Shown in pieces: positions 52,091 through 61,556 of a stretch of 64,000 nt of DNA (within the stretch, counting starts at the first letter, position 1; every line of letters starts with the position of its first letter). The notes under the pieces are model-generated. The model saw only the letters and a program-made list of their open reading frames with translations. It searched no databases and was not told the origin of the DNA. The DNA is taken from positions 544,001 to 608,000 of the forward strand of contig CAVUDW010000003.1 in NCBI GenBank assembly GCA_963740355.1, read 5' to 3'. A program made the translations under genes and the position numbers. This stretch comes from an uncultured Gemmatimonadaceae bacterium (GTDB taxonomy: Bacteria > Gemmatimonadota > Gemmatimonadetes > Gemmatimonadales > Gemmatimonadaceae).

Positions 52091-52252
52091 CACGCGGAGC
52101 CGCGGGGGACGCGGAGCCGCGGGGAACAGCATGAGAAGGACGGCGGGCTTGCCCATGGTTCGCGTGACACACTTTGAGTCGCCACTGCCACTGGTTTGTC
52201 CCCTTTGCAGTTGCAGTTCTCCGCGGCTCCGCGTCCCCCGCGGCTCCGCGTG
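52091..52252. repeat. 37-bp inverted repeat (REP/REPIN-like)
   Basis: 52091-52127 and 52216-52252 are reverse complements with one mismatch; located between convergent genes. Confidence 0.9.
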
Positions 52253-52286
52253 TTTAACTGTGTGGACCGCCCTCGCCGGAACGGCG

Positions 52287-52634
52287 CTAGCGGAGAGCGA
52301 TGCAGAAAGTGGCTAACGACGGTGAGGAGAGCTTGAGGCCGACGATGCCGGCGATGATCAGGGCGACACTGATCATCCGTGCCGCATTCACGGGTTCGTC
52401 GAGCAGGACGATGCCAAGGATCACGGTGCCGACGGCGCCGACACCAACCCACACGGCGTAGGCCGTGCCAACTGGCAGGGTTTTCATGGCGACACCGAGA
52501 AGGCCGAGGCTCACGAGCATCGACGCTGCCGTCCCGATCGTGGGCCAGAGACGCGTGAAGCCGTCGGTGTACTTCAATCCGATGGCCCAGCCGATCTCGA
52601 ACAGACCAGCGATGATCACGATCAGCCATGCCAT
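52287..52634 (-). CDS. sugE: SMR transporter SugE/Gdx
   Basis: [31 protein letters not shown] and [23 protein letters not shown]. Confidence 0.93.
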   Translation of the reverse strand: MAWLIVIIAGLFEIGWAIGLKYTDGFTRLWPTIGTAASMLVSLGLLGVAMKTLPVGTAYAVWVGVGAVGTVILGIVLLDEPVNAARMISVALIIAGIVGLKLSSPSLATFCIALR

Positions 52635-52840
52635 GACAGTTCCTCCAATGGGTGCGCCGAGCGGAGAGAAACAGACGGCGCGCGTCGCAACAAGTTAGCG
52701 CTTCGGCAGTGCGTCACTGGTGACGGAGGAACACCGCTCGCCAGTCACAGCTTCTGGCTATACGTTATTCGCGACTTGTATGGCGGAGTCTGTCGTGCGT
52801 TCGCAATACAGGAGGCCCACCCTCGTCCGATACCTGATAC

Positions 52841-55048
52841 ATGCGTGCTCCGGTTCTGCCGAGCGCTCGGCTGCTGAGCGCGGTCGTGATCTGTCTCGTT
52901 TCGGCGATCCTCTGCACCTGGATCGTCCGCCAGCCGCCCTGGCTCGGGCTGTCCTTCGAGCAGACGGCGTCGGGAGCGACCCTTCGCATCGCGAATGTCG
53001 ATGCCAGTGATCCTGCCAAGGGCCCCCAGTCGGGCGATTCATTGATCGCGTTGGCCGCAGCTGGTCTGGCGACCGTCAACATCGAGCCGCGCGACTTGCT
53101 CGAGGAACCTGATTTCCTCGACACCTGGGCCGAAGAGGACGCGTTCTACGCACGACAGAGCAGCATCACCGCGCTGCTGCACGCGCCGGCGGTCGCCATG
53201 ACGCTGCGCGACAAGAGCAACACCGTTCGCACCGTGACCGTCACTCCGCGCGCACGACCGTTCGGCAGCCTGCCGCTGATCTTCTGGCTGCAACTCGTCT
53301 TCGGCGCGGCTGGCCTGATTATCGGCACCTGGGTCTGGGCGCTTCGTCCCGATGACTGGGGGCCGCGCGTCTATGCCATCACCGGCGCCTGCTTCCTGAT
53401 CTTTGCCCACGCGGCAGCGATCTACAGCGCCCGTGAAATCGCCCTCCCCGGTGGACTGTTCCGCGTCCTGAGCGGCATCAATCACTTCGGCGCGATTCAC
53501 TTTGGCGCCGCGCTGAGCGCGTTGTTCCTCGTCTACCCGATTCGCCTCGTGAGCAGTCGCGTGGTGCTCGGTCTTGGCATCGCGGCCTTCATCTGGTGGC
53601 TGGCGTGTGTCGCCCGTCTCGCGCCGGATCAGGACTGGGGCTCGCGGTTTCCCGTCATGCTCGAGATGCTCGGCGCGATCGTGATCTCGATCGTTCAATG
53701 GAGACGTACCAAGGGCGATCCTGCCGCGCGTGCGGTGTTGCGCTGGTTCGCGATCAGCGTGCTGACTGGCTGCGGCGCATTCATCGGGCTCACCGCGCTG
53801 GTGAGTTCCATTGGCGGCCTGCCACCGATCCCGCAGGGTTATGCCTTCGGCTTCTTCCTCCTGATGTACGCCGGCCTCGCGGTCGGCCTGCGGCAGTATC
53901 GTGTCTTCGACCTCGATCAGTGGGCGTATCGGATTCTTTTCTGGGGCCTTCTGGTCGCCGCATTCGTCGCGCTCGACCTCGCCCTGCTCGGCACCGCGAG
54001 CTCGGGTGCCGCGCGAACACTGACGATCGCGACCTTCCTTGCACTCGGCACCTTCCCGGTCCGACGCTGGGTCTGGTCGCGGCTGTTCGACAAGGGAAGG
54101 CTGCCTCCCGAACAGTTGTTCGAGAAGGCATTACACGTCACCTATGCCACCTCCGACGCGGAACGAGACGCGCGCTGGCGCGCACTGTTGACGGAATTGT
54201 TCGACCCGCTTCACTCGGCCGCCGACGGTACCCGCAGTGGTGATTCCGAGCAGAATGACGTGGAACTGAAGGCGCAGGGGCAGGAACTCGCGGTGCCTGC
54301 CGTCGCCTCGTCCCCCGCCCTGCGTCTCACCTATGCCAGTGGCGGCAAGCGGCTCTTCACGCCAAGCGATGCGCAGCTCGTTCGAACGCTGGTGTCACTG
54401 ATGAATTCGGCCAATGAAAGCCGGAAGGCCTACGATGTTGGTGTGAGCCGGGAACGCACCCGCATTGCGCGCGACCTCCATGACACCGTCAGTTCGCCAC
54501 TGCTCGCCGGACTCGCGCCGCTGCACGACGGCGATTCGACCGGCGAACAGATGGCCGCGGTGCAGAACGAGATCCGGCGCGCCGTGCGAGGCATGCGCAG
54601 TGTGGTGAGCGGCGAGGCGGTCACGGCCGCCCCACTCGCGGACTGCTTCGCCGACGCACGATACGCCGCCGTCGAGCGACTGGCGGCGGCGGGCATCACC
54701 GTCAACTGGCCCGTCAGCGACGTTGGAGATGCCATGCTCGCGCCCGCCGCGCGACACGCATTCACGGCCTTCGTGCAGGAATCGATCACAAACGTGATTC
54801 GGCATGCTGGAGCATCTCACGTCGACGCGAGTATCATCGTGCAGCTGGGCGAACTGCAGTGCCGCATCACCGACAACGGACGCGGCTTCGCTCCTGACCT
54901 GACCCGCACCGGTGATGGATTGCCCAACCTTCGAGCACGCGCCGAGACGCTGTCCGGCACAGCATTCATTGGCCCGCGGCCCGATGGCCTCCCGGGCACC
55001 GAAGTACGGCTCGCGGCACCACTCGGCACGCCGGCGGTGGTGCGATGA
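52841..55048 (+). CDS. Multi-TM sensor histidine kinase (HisKA_3)
   Basis: ERTRIARDLHD, QESITNVIRHA, DNGRGF and GDGLPNL motifs. Confidence 0.9.
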   Translation: MRAPVLPSARLLSAVVICLVSAILCTWIVRQPPWLGLSFEQTASGATLRIANVDASDPAKGPQSGDSLIALAAAGLATVNIEPRDLLEEPDFLDTWAEEDAFYARQSSITALLHAPAVAMTLRDKSNTVRTVTVTPRARPFGSLPLIFWLQLVFGAAGLIIGTWVWALRPDDWGPRVYAITGACFLIFAHAAAIYSAREIALPGGLFRVLSGINHFGAIHFGAALSALFLVYPIRLVSSRVVLGLGIAAFIWWLACVARLAPDQDWGSRFPVMLEMLGAIVISIVQWRRTKGDPAARAVLRWFAISVLTGCGAFIGLTALVSSIGGLPPIPQGYAFGFFLLMYAGLAVGLRQYRVFDLDQWAYRILFWGLLVAAFVALDLALLGTASSGAARTLTIATFLALGTFPVRRWVWSRLFDKGRLPPEQLFEKALHVTYATSDAERDARWRALLTELFDPLHSAADGTRSGDSEQNDVELKAQGQELAVPAVASSPALRLTYASGGKRLFTPSDAQLVRTLVSLMNSANESRKAYDVGVSRERTRIARDLHDTVSSPLLAGLAPLHDGDSTGEQMAAVQNEIRRAVRGMRSVVSGEAVTAAPLADCFADARYAAVERLAAAGITVNWPVSDVGDAMLAPAARHAFTAFVQESITNVIRHAGASHVDASIIVQLGELQCRITDNGRGFAPDLTRTGDGLPNLRARAETLSGTAFIGPRPDGLPGTEVRLAAPLGTPAVVR

Positions 55049-55770
55049 CGGATACGATCCTTCCGCGCAGCGTGTCGAACGTGCTGATCGTCGAGGACGA
55101 CCCGGCGATGGAAGCCGAGGCGATAGCGGCCGTCGCAATTTTCGCTGGAGCCAGCGTGCGCACCGCGCGGACGGTGGCCGAGGCAGAGCGCTGGATGAAG
55201 CGCGTGTCCTTCGACCTTGCGATCATCGACCTCGGCTTGCCCGACGGATCGGGCATCACGCTCATTCGTGCGTTGATGGGTGACACACCGCACTCGGCGG
55301 ACGTGCACCAGATGCCGACCGTGTGTGTGGCGCGCACGGTGTTCGATGACGACGCGCATCTCTTCGCGGCGCTTTCAGCAGGCGCGCAGGGGTACCTGCT
55401 GAAGGGCGAGACGATCGACGTCGTTCGGCTGCGTTTGCAGGCGGCGATGGCGGGCGAGCCCGTCGTGTCACCGTCCATCGCGCGACGCGTATTGGCCTAC
55501 TTCCGCGGCGATACCATACCGGTGCGACAGCCACAACCGACTCGACCGACCGTGCCGCCGGCAGCGCTCACCAATCGTGAGACGGAAGTGCTGCGCCGTC
55601 TTGCGCAGGGGCATACGCTGGCGGAGGTGGGCAAGGAGTTGACCCTTTCCGTGAACACCGTCAAGACGCACGTGAAGAGTGTCTACGCGCGTCTCGACGT
55701 CAGTTCACGGATTGCTGCCGTCGATGCCGCGCGTCGCATGGGGATCCTCGATGACGACACGCGGCGCTGA
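55045..55770 (+). CDS. NarL/LuxR response regulator
   Basis: LIVEDD, DLGLPDGSG, GYLLK and LTNRETEVL...TVKTHV motifs. Confidence 0.92.
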   Translation: MTDTILPRSVSNVLIVEDDPAMEAEAIAAVAIFAGASVRTARTVAEAERWMKRVSFDLAIIDLGLPDGSGITLIRALMGDTPHSADVHQMPTVCVARTVFDDDAHLFAALSAGAQGYLLKGETIDVVRLRLQAAMAGEPVVSPSIARRVLAYFRGDTIPVRQPQPTRPTVPPAALTNRETEVLRRLAQGHTLAEVGKELTLSVNTVKTHVKSVYARLDVSSRIAAVDAARRMGILDDDTRR

Positions 55771-55775
55771 GTGAC

Positions 55776-56687
55776 TCACCCGTTCGACGCGGAGTGCGCT
55801 TCGAATGCGGGCAGCAATGCAGTACGCACGAACTCCCGAAACGAAATCCTGCCTGATGTCGCGGGGGTCTGTGGCTCGTCGGAGAAGTCGCCCGCCTCGA
55901 GATGCTTGGCCATGTTGCCCATCATTTCCTCGTAGCCACTCGCGACCAGCGGGGGCAAGCCGGCAGCGAGCAGCGCATCCTTGAGCGCCGGCGCGGGAAT
56001 CTGGATGTACGTCACCGGTCGGCCGAAGACCTCGGAGATGATCGCAGCCTGTTCATTCGGTGACAGCGCCACCGGGCCATGCGATCCCGCGATCTGGTGA
56101 CCGGTCCAGGTCATGTCGGTCAACCAGCGGACAGCCACCTCCGCGATGTCAGGCGTCGCCACGATCTGTTGTGGCAAGTCGCCGCGGAGCACGCCATAGA
56201 TCGCGCCTTGCGAGGCAATCGTTGGCAACGACGCGAAGCTGTTCTCCATGAAATACCCAGCGCGCACGGCGACCACGTTCGGGATCGCGGCCGTCAGCAG
56301 GCGCTCGACAGTCCCCAGGCCACTGATGGCGCTCACATCGTCGTGCTGTGCTCCGACGCTCGAGAGGAAGACGACCCGTTCGACTCCGGCACGCTTTGCG
56401 GCGGCGACGAAGCGCTCGCCGATCGACGCCTGCCAGTTGCGCCAGTGTGTGACGCTCGGCCCTGGGGGCGGCACGAGGAAGAAGGCGGCATCAACGCCGT
56501 TGAGGGCGGTCGTGAGAGCCGAATCGTCTTCCAGCGAGCCCTGCACCACGTTGCTCGCACTCCGAACCACATCCGACAGCTTTGCCGGGTCGCGGGCGAG
56601 GACGGTGAGGCTGTGGGAGGTGCCGAGGAGGCTCTGGATGATCCGGCTGCCAATGTGGCCGGTCGGGGTGGTAACGAGGATACGCAT
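55776..56687 (-). CDS. NmrA-like NAD(P)-binding protein
   Basis: ILVTTPTGHIG, GVERVVFLSS and RAGYFMEN motifs. Confidence 0.88.
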   Translation of the reverse strand: MRILVTTPTGHIGSRIIQSLLGTSHSLTVLARDPAKLSDVVRSASNVVQGSLEDDSALTTALNGVDAAFFLVPPPGPSVTHWRNWQASIGERFVAAAKRAGVERVVFLSSVGAQHDDVSAISGLGTVERLLTAAIPNVVAVRAGYFMENSFASLPTIASQGAIYGVLRGDLPQQIVATPDIAEVAVRWLTDMTWTGHQIAGSHGPVALSPNEQAAIISEVFGRPVTYIQIPAPALKDALLAAGLPPLVASGYEEMMGNMAKHLEAGDFSDEPQTPATSGRISFREFVRTALLPAFEAHSASNG

Positions 56688-56819
56688 CTGATCTCCGGAA
56701 GGGCTGCTGGGTGGTCCGGCAGGCGCCGGCTCAATTCTGCCCTCAAAAGTCGCGTGTTGAATGCGGACGATCTATAATTGGAAGTCCTTGTTTCTTTCGT
56801 ACTCGTCCGAATCAGTCCA

Positions 56820-57806
56820 GTGGATCTTTTGAGCGAACTCTTCAACGACGTCGAAGTGGCCAGCACGTTGTACGGTCGCGTCGAGGCGCGTGCGCCTTGG
56901 TCGGTTGGTTACCCGCCGAGCGATCTGGCCGGATTCCACGTCGTACTGGAAGGCGAGTGCTGGCTGCACTTCGCGGACGGCAAGCAGCCGGTGCATCTGG
57001 TTGCGGGTGACTTCGCGGTGCTGCCGCATGGCAGCCATCGTGAGCTGCGTGACAGCCTGGCAGCGGCGCCGTTTCGTGCACCGACCATCATGGCGGTGCT
57101 TGGCTCCGTCGCTGGCGCACCACGAACCGTGACCAGTTTCGCCGAGTCGGTGTCGGCGACGCCGATCGCGGTGCAACATGTGGCCAGCATCGGCGGTCGC
57201 GGTGCGCGCATGGCCTATCTGTGCGGCGCCTTCAACTTCAGCGGCGACGGCGCGAGACCGTTGCTGTCCGCGTTGCCCGACGTGATTCATGTCCGTGGCG
57301 AAAAGGGCCGCATGATGCCGTGGCTCGAGTCGCACCTGCAGGCGGTCGCCTGCGAACTCACCTCCGGACGACCGGGCGCGGCGATGGTGATTGCTCGACT
57401 GTCGGAGGTGCTGTTCGTGCAGGCAGTGCGTGCACATCTCGCCGATTTGCCGGCCGACGCGGTTGGATGGACGGCGGCCGCGCATGACATCCACGTCTCA
57501 CGCGCACTCGCGTTGCTGCACCGCGAGCCGGAGCGAGACTGGACGATCGCGTCACTGGGTGCTGCGGTCGGCCTTTCACGATCGAGTTTTGCGGCGCGAT
57601 TTCTGTCCGTGATGGGTCAGCCACCGCTTACCTACCTCACCAGCTGGCGGATGCATCGCGCGAGGGGATTGTTGCGCGACCCGGCGAACTCGATTGCGCA
57701 GATCGCGGCGCGTGTCGGCTACGCGTCGGCCGCCGCCTTTACGTCCGCGTTCAAGCGCGAGACGGGCGATGCGCCAGGTGCGTGGCGTCGCCGTGCGGCG
57801 GCGTGA
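56820..57806 (+). CDS. AraC family regulator with cupin domain (RclR-like)
   Basis: FHVVLEGECWL, GLSRSSFAARF and VGYASAAAFTSAFKR motifs; divergent from the NmrA gene. Confidence 0.9.
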   Translation: MDLLSELFNDVEVASTLYGRVEARAPWSVGYPPSDLAGFHVVLEGECWLHFADGKQPVHLVAGDFAVLPHGSHRELRDSLAAAPFRAPTIMAVLGSVAGAPRTVTSFAESVSATPIAVQHVASIGGRGARMAYLCGAFNFSGDGARPLLSALPDVIHVRGEKGRMMPWLESHLQAVACELTSGRPGAAMVIARLSEVLFVQAVRAHLADLPADAVGWTAAAHDIHVSRALALLHREPERDWTIASLGAAVGLSRSSFAARFLSVMGQPPLTYLTSWRMHRARGLLRDPANSIAQIAARVGYASAAAFTSAFKRETGDAPGAWRRRAAA

Positions 57807-57926
57807 CAGGCCGCAGCGGAGCAGAACCAGCAGAGCACTTCGAGCGGAGCACTACGAGCAGACATCGTGCGCGGCACCACTATCGCCGCTGAATACCTTG
57901 CGTCATCCCACACCCGGAGCTCCGGC

Positions 57927-58892
57927 ATGGCCACACCGTTTCCAACGCGCCTACTCGTCACCTCCGGCCTGCTGCTGCTGACCGCGTGCGCCGGCGACAA
58001 AGGCGCGTTGGTGAAGCCGGCCGTGGATTCGGTGGCGTACGCCGCGGACACGAAAGTCTGGCGTACGAAGCGACTCGATGCGATCGCCGGGCCGGACGGT
58101 TGGAGCACCCTCGCCGGTCTCTTCTGGCTCGACAGCGCGCGATACACGATCGGGAGCGATCCCCGGAGCACGATCCTGCTGCCTTCCGACAACTCGCCGA
58201 AGCAGGTCGGGACGCTGACACTGGTCGACTCGACCTATCTCTTCCGTGCGGCGAAGGGCGTGCCGGTGCTCGTCGACAGCGCTCGCGTGGACAGCGTGAT
58301 GCTCTCGAACGACAAGATGGCGCATGCACCGGTGCTCCACATCGGCAGCCTCACCTACCGGGTGATCTCACGCGGCGGCAAGCAGGCGCTGCGGGTGAAG
58401 GATTCGTCGTACGTGTTGCGGCGCGACTTCAAGGGATTGTTCTACTTCCCTCTCGACACCTCGATGCGTGTGCTGGCACGACTGGTGCCGCATCCGACGC
58501 CACGGACGCTGCGGATCCTCAACGTGATCGGGCAGACGGACGAGTATCGCTCACCCGGCACGCTCGAATTCACGATCGCTGGCAAGCCGTACAAGCTCAC
58601 CGCCTCGTTCGAGGGCAAGGACACGACCCAGTACTTCGTAATCTTCCGCGACGAAACGAGCAAGGAGTCGACCTACCCCGCCGGCCGCTTCATGTACGCC
58701 ACACCGGCGGACAGCGCGGGCTACACGATCCTCGACTTCAACCGCGCCTACAACCCGCCCTGCGCCTTCACCGCCTTCGCCACCTGCCCGCTGCCCCCCG
58801 CCGAGAACGTGCTGCGCGTTGCGCTCACCGCCGGTGAAAAGCGCTACGCCGGTCCGCACGGCTCCACGCTCGAAGAAGTCCGTCCGCGATAG
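57927..58892 (+). CDS. DUF1684 lipoprotein
   Basis: Lipobox LTAC; DGWSTLAGLFWL and DFNRAYNPPCAFTAFATCPLPPAEN motifs. Confidence 0.9.
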   Translation: MATPFPTRLLVTSGLLLLTACAGDKGALVKPAVDSVAYAADTKVWRTKRLDAIAGPDGWSTLAGLFWLDSARYTIGSDPRSTILLPSDNSPKQVGTLTLVDSTYLFRAAKGVPVLVDSARVDSVMLSNDKMAHAPVLHIGSLTYRVISRGGKQALRVKDSSYVLRRDFKGLFYFPLDTSMRVLARLVPHPTPRTLRILNVIGQTDEYRSPGTLEFTIAGKPYKLTASFEGKDTTQYFVIFRDETSKESTYPAGRFMYATPADSAGYTILDFNRAYNPPCAFTAFATCPLPPAENVLRVALTAGEKRYAGPHGSTLEEVRPR

Positions 58893-58910
58893 ACTTGCCG
58901 CTTGGAGGAA

Positions 58911-59046
58911 CAGCAAAGCGCGGAGGCGCAAAGGCGCAGAGAACTGCAACTGCAAACGGCTTTAACGCAGAACTGAAAACTGCGATACAGCAACAGCCGC
59001 AGAACTGAACAGCCGCAGAACGGCAACGGCAAAGGCAACAGCAAAA
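58911..59046. repeat. Left arm of an imperfect ~130-bp inverted repeat
   Basis: GGCGCAGAGAAC, TTAACGCAGAACTG and 2x AACAGCCGCAGAA blocks are mirrored at 60411-60549. Confidence 0.8.
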
Positions 59047-59058
59047 GGCTTGGTAAAG

Positions 59059-60331
59059 TGTCACGTCCTGATTAGCGTCTACACGTCCCCCGCCGTTGGA
59101 GACGTAGACCCATGGCCCGATCGTTTCACCAGTACAGTCCGGACTTGAAGCAGCGGCTCGTCGAGGAGATTGAGGGCGGGCATCTGTCGATGCGCGAAGC
59201 CGCGCGGGATGCGCAGACCACCGTGGCCATGGTGCAGACCTGGCTGCGGGAGTACGGCCGGTTCCAGCCGAAACGCGACATCGTGGAGGTGGTCATGAAG
59301 AGCGAGCAGGATCGGATTGCGGCGTTGGAGAAGGCCCTGGCCGAGGCGCATCTCAAGCTGCAGGTGTTCGACGAGCTGATCACCCAGGCGAACAAACACT
59401 ACAAGATCGACATCAAAAAAAACTTTGGTACGCCGCCGCTGCCGTCCTCTGCGCCCCGGCCGACACCGCGCACACCGTCGCCGGCGTCTGCCGCACGCTC
59501 GGCTGCACCCGCGACGCCTACTACAAGCGACAGCGCCGCGGGAGCGACGCAGACACCGACCCGGACGCCGCGGTGATCGCGCAGGTCGATGCCCTCCGCC
59601 GCGTCCAGCCGCGCGTCGGGACGCGGAAGCTGCACGACGCCCTCACGACCGCAGGGGTGACCGTGGGGCGGGACCGCCTGTTCACGGTGCTCCGCACCAC
59701 GGGGCGCCTCGTGGCCCGGAAGCGCCGCGCCACGCAGACGACGTATGCGCACCATCCCTACGTCGTGGCGCCCAATCGCCTCAAGACGCTCACCGTCACC
59801 GGCGCGCGCCAGGTCGTCGTGAGCGACATCACGTACCTGCGGCTCGAGCACGGCGCGTTTGCGTACCTGTTTCTCGTCACCGACCTGTACGCGCGCCACA
59901 TCGTCGGCTGGCATCTTCGCACCGATCTCTCGCCGCAGGGCGCGCTGCAGGCGCTCGCGGCCGCGCAGCAGACGCTGGGTGACTGTCAGGGCATCGTGCA
60001 CCACTCGGATCGCGGCAGTCAATATTGTTGCCACGCGTACGTCCAGCAGCTGCACGCCCATCGCATGCTCCCGAGCACGACGGACGGCGCCCACTGCTAT
60101 CAGAATGCGGTCGCCGAACGCGTGAACGGCATCCTGAAAGATGAATTCGACCTCGATGCCGTCTTCCCCTCGCTGGCCGACGCGCGCGCGGCGGTCACCC
60201 ACGCGGTCACGATCTACAACACCGTCCGCACGCACTGGAGTCTCGCGCTCCAAACCCCGCACGCCGTGTTTCACCAGGCGGCCTAACCCAGACCGCCTGC
60301 ACCCTGTGTAGACATTATTTAGGACTAGACA
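59059..60331 (+). mobile_element. IS3-family insertion sequence (1273 bp)
   Basis: TG...CA ends; 26-bp imperfect IRs TGTCACGTCCTGATTAGCGTCTACAC / TGTCTAGTCCTAAATAATGTCTACAC; orfA/orfB organisation. Confidence 0.93.
59112..60286 (+). CDS. IS3 transposase OrfAB (-1 programmed frameshift at A8, 59415-59422)
   Basis: OrfA HTH; the -1 frame reads VCRTLGCTRDAYYK, SDITY, HHSDRGSQY and NAVAERVNGILKDE (DDE). Confidence 0.92.
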
Positions 60332-60410
60332 GATTCGGAACGTCGGTGGGCGAGTTGTTCTACCAAAAACTTCAGCGCTGCTTCCGCACTTACGCCCCGG
60401 TCCATGCACG

Positions 60411-60549
60411 TAGTTCTGCGGCTGTTCCCTTCTGCGGCTGTTGCAGTTCCGTGGTTTGCAGTTCTGCGTTAAGGCAGTTGCTCTTGTCGTTGCAGTTGCT
60501 TGTGCCGTTCTCTGCGCCTCTGCGCCCCAGCGCCTCTGCGTTTCGCAGT
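60411..60549. repeat. Right arm of the imperfect inverted repeat
   Basis: Reverse complement aligns block-wise with 58911-59046. Confidence 0.8.
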
Positions 60550-61407
60550 TCAGGTTTCCGGTTCGAGTTCCACTCTGGCCGAGAGTGCAGGAGAAAGATC
60601 TGGCGCGAGCGCTTCGAGGACGACGGAAGAGTCGGTGCGGACGGCGGTGAGGTGGAAGGGGGCGAGGTCGAAGAGTGGCGCGAGGCCGCGGAAGCTGAAG
60701 GATGTGATGCGGCGTGGCGTGTGGCGGCGCACCAGGTCGGCGAGCAGCATCGCCGTCAGCGGGCCGTGCACCACCAGCCCCGGATATCCCTCGTCGTCGT
60801 GCGCGTAGGGACGGTCGTAGTGGATCCGGTGCGCATTGAACGTCAGCGCGGAAAAGCGGAACAGCAGGCGCGCGTCGGGGGTGATCGTGCGCATCCACTG
60901 ACCATCGGCGGCCGCCGGCACCGGTGCGACGGCAGGCGCCGACACTTGGCCGCCAGGTTCGCGATAGACGATGTCCTGCTCTTCCTCGATGCAGACCTCG
61001 CCGTGCTGCAGGAATCGGTAGCCAACGGTGACGAATGCCAGCGAGCCGCTGCGCCCCGATTTCAGCACCACGTTCCTGATCTCGCCTTCCCGGGTCGCCG
61101 GTGCGCCAAGAACGAGATCGCGGTGAAAGGTCATCCGCGATCCCGCGAACATGCGACGTGGAAACGGGATCGGCGGCAGGAACCCGCCCCGTTGCGGATG
61201 GCCGTCGACATCGAGCGCCGACTGCAGCGCGTTGGGCAGGAAATAGAACCACTGCCAGAGCGGCGGCAGCGGGCTACCGGCCGCTACGTCGGTTACGGCG
61301 TCGTCGAACGTCGCAGCAGCGCGACGTGCCTGCTCCGGGCTCAGCCCGTCGTGCACCGTCTCGGTGCGGCCTATCCATTCACGAAAATCGGGGACGGTCT
61401 CGTTCAT
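60550..61407 (-). CDS. meh: Mesaconyl-C4-CoA hydratase-like (double hot-dog MaoC family)
   Basis: DGHPQRGGFLPP, RRMFAG, EEEQDIVYRE and LFRFSALTFNAHRIHYD...GLVVHGPL; resembles Chloroflexus Meh as recalled; next to smtAB. Confidence 0.75.
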   Translation of the reverse strand: MNETVPDFREWIGRTETVHDGLSPEQARRAAATFDDAVTDVAAGSPLPPLWQWFYFLPNALQSALDVDGHPQRGGFLPPIPFPRRMFAGSRMTFHRDLVLGAPATREGEIRNVVLKSGRSGSLAFVTVGYRFLQHGEVCIEEEQDIVYREPGGQVSAPAVAPVPAAADGQWMRTITPDARLLFRFSALTFNAHRIHYDRPYAHDDEGYPGLVVHGPLTAMLLADLVRRHTPRRITSFSFRGLAPLFDLAPFHLTAVRTDSSVVLEALAPDLSPALSARVELEPET

Positions 61408-61556
61408 CGGGCGGCGTGGGTGGCAGACGTCTCGAGCATGCTGCACGCGCACGACGCGATGCGGCGATCTCGGTTACAAGCCCTAGCGGCAGGGTTAAGA
61501 TATCCATGGACGTGATGCAGCACTGAAGGACGTAACTCCGAACGGCGAGGACGCGA

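Noticed and set aside
52651..52682. Guanidine-III-like stem GGTGCGCCG...ACGGCGC
   Set aside because: The resemblance is on the strand antisense to sugE and lacks the pseudoknot partner.
60332..60413. Possible gene remnant between the IS and the right repeat arm
   Set aside because: Too short; no recognisable translation.
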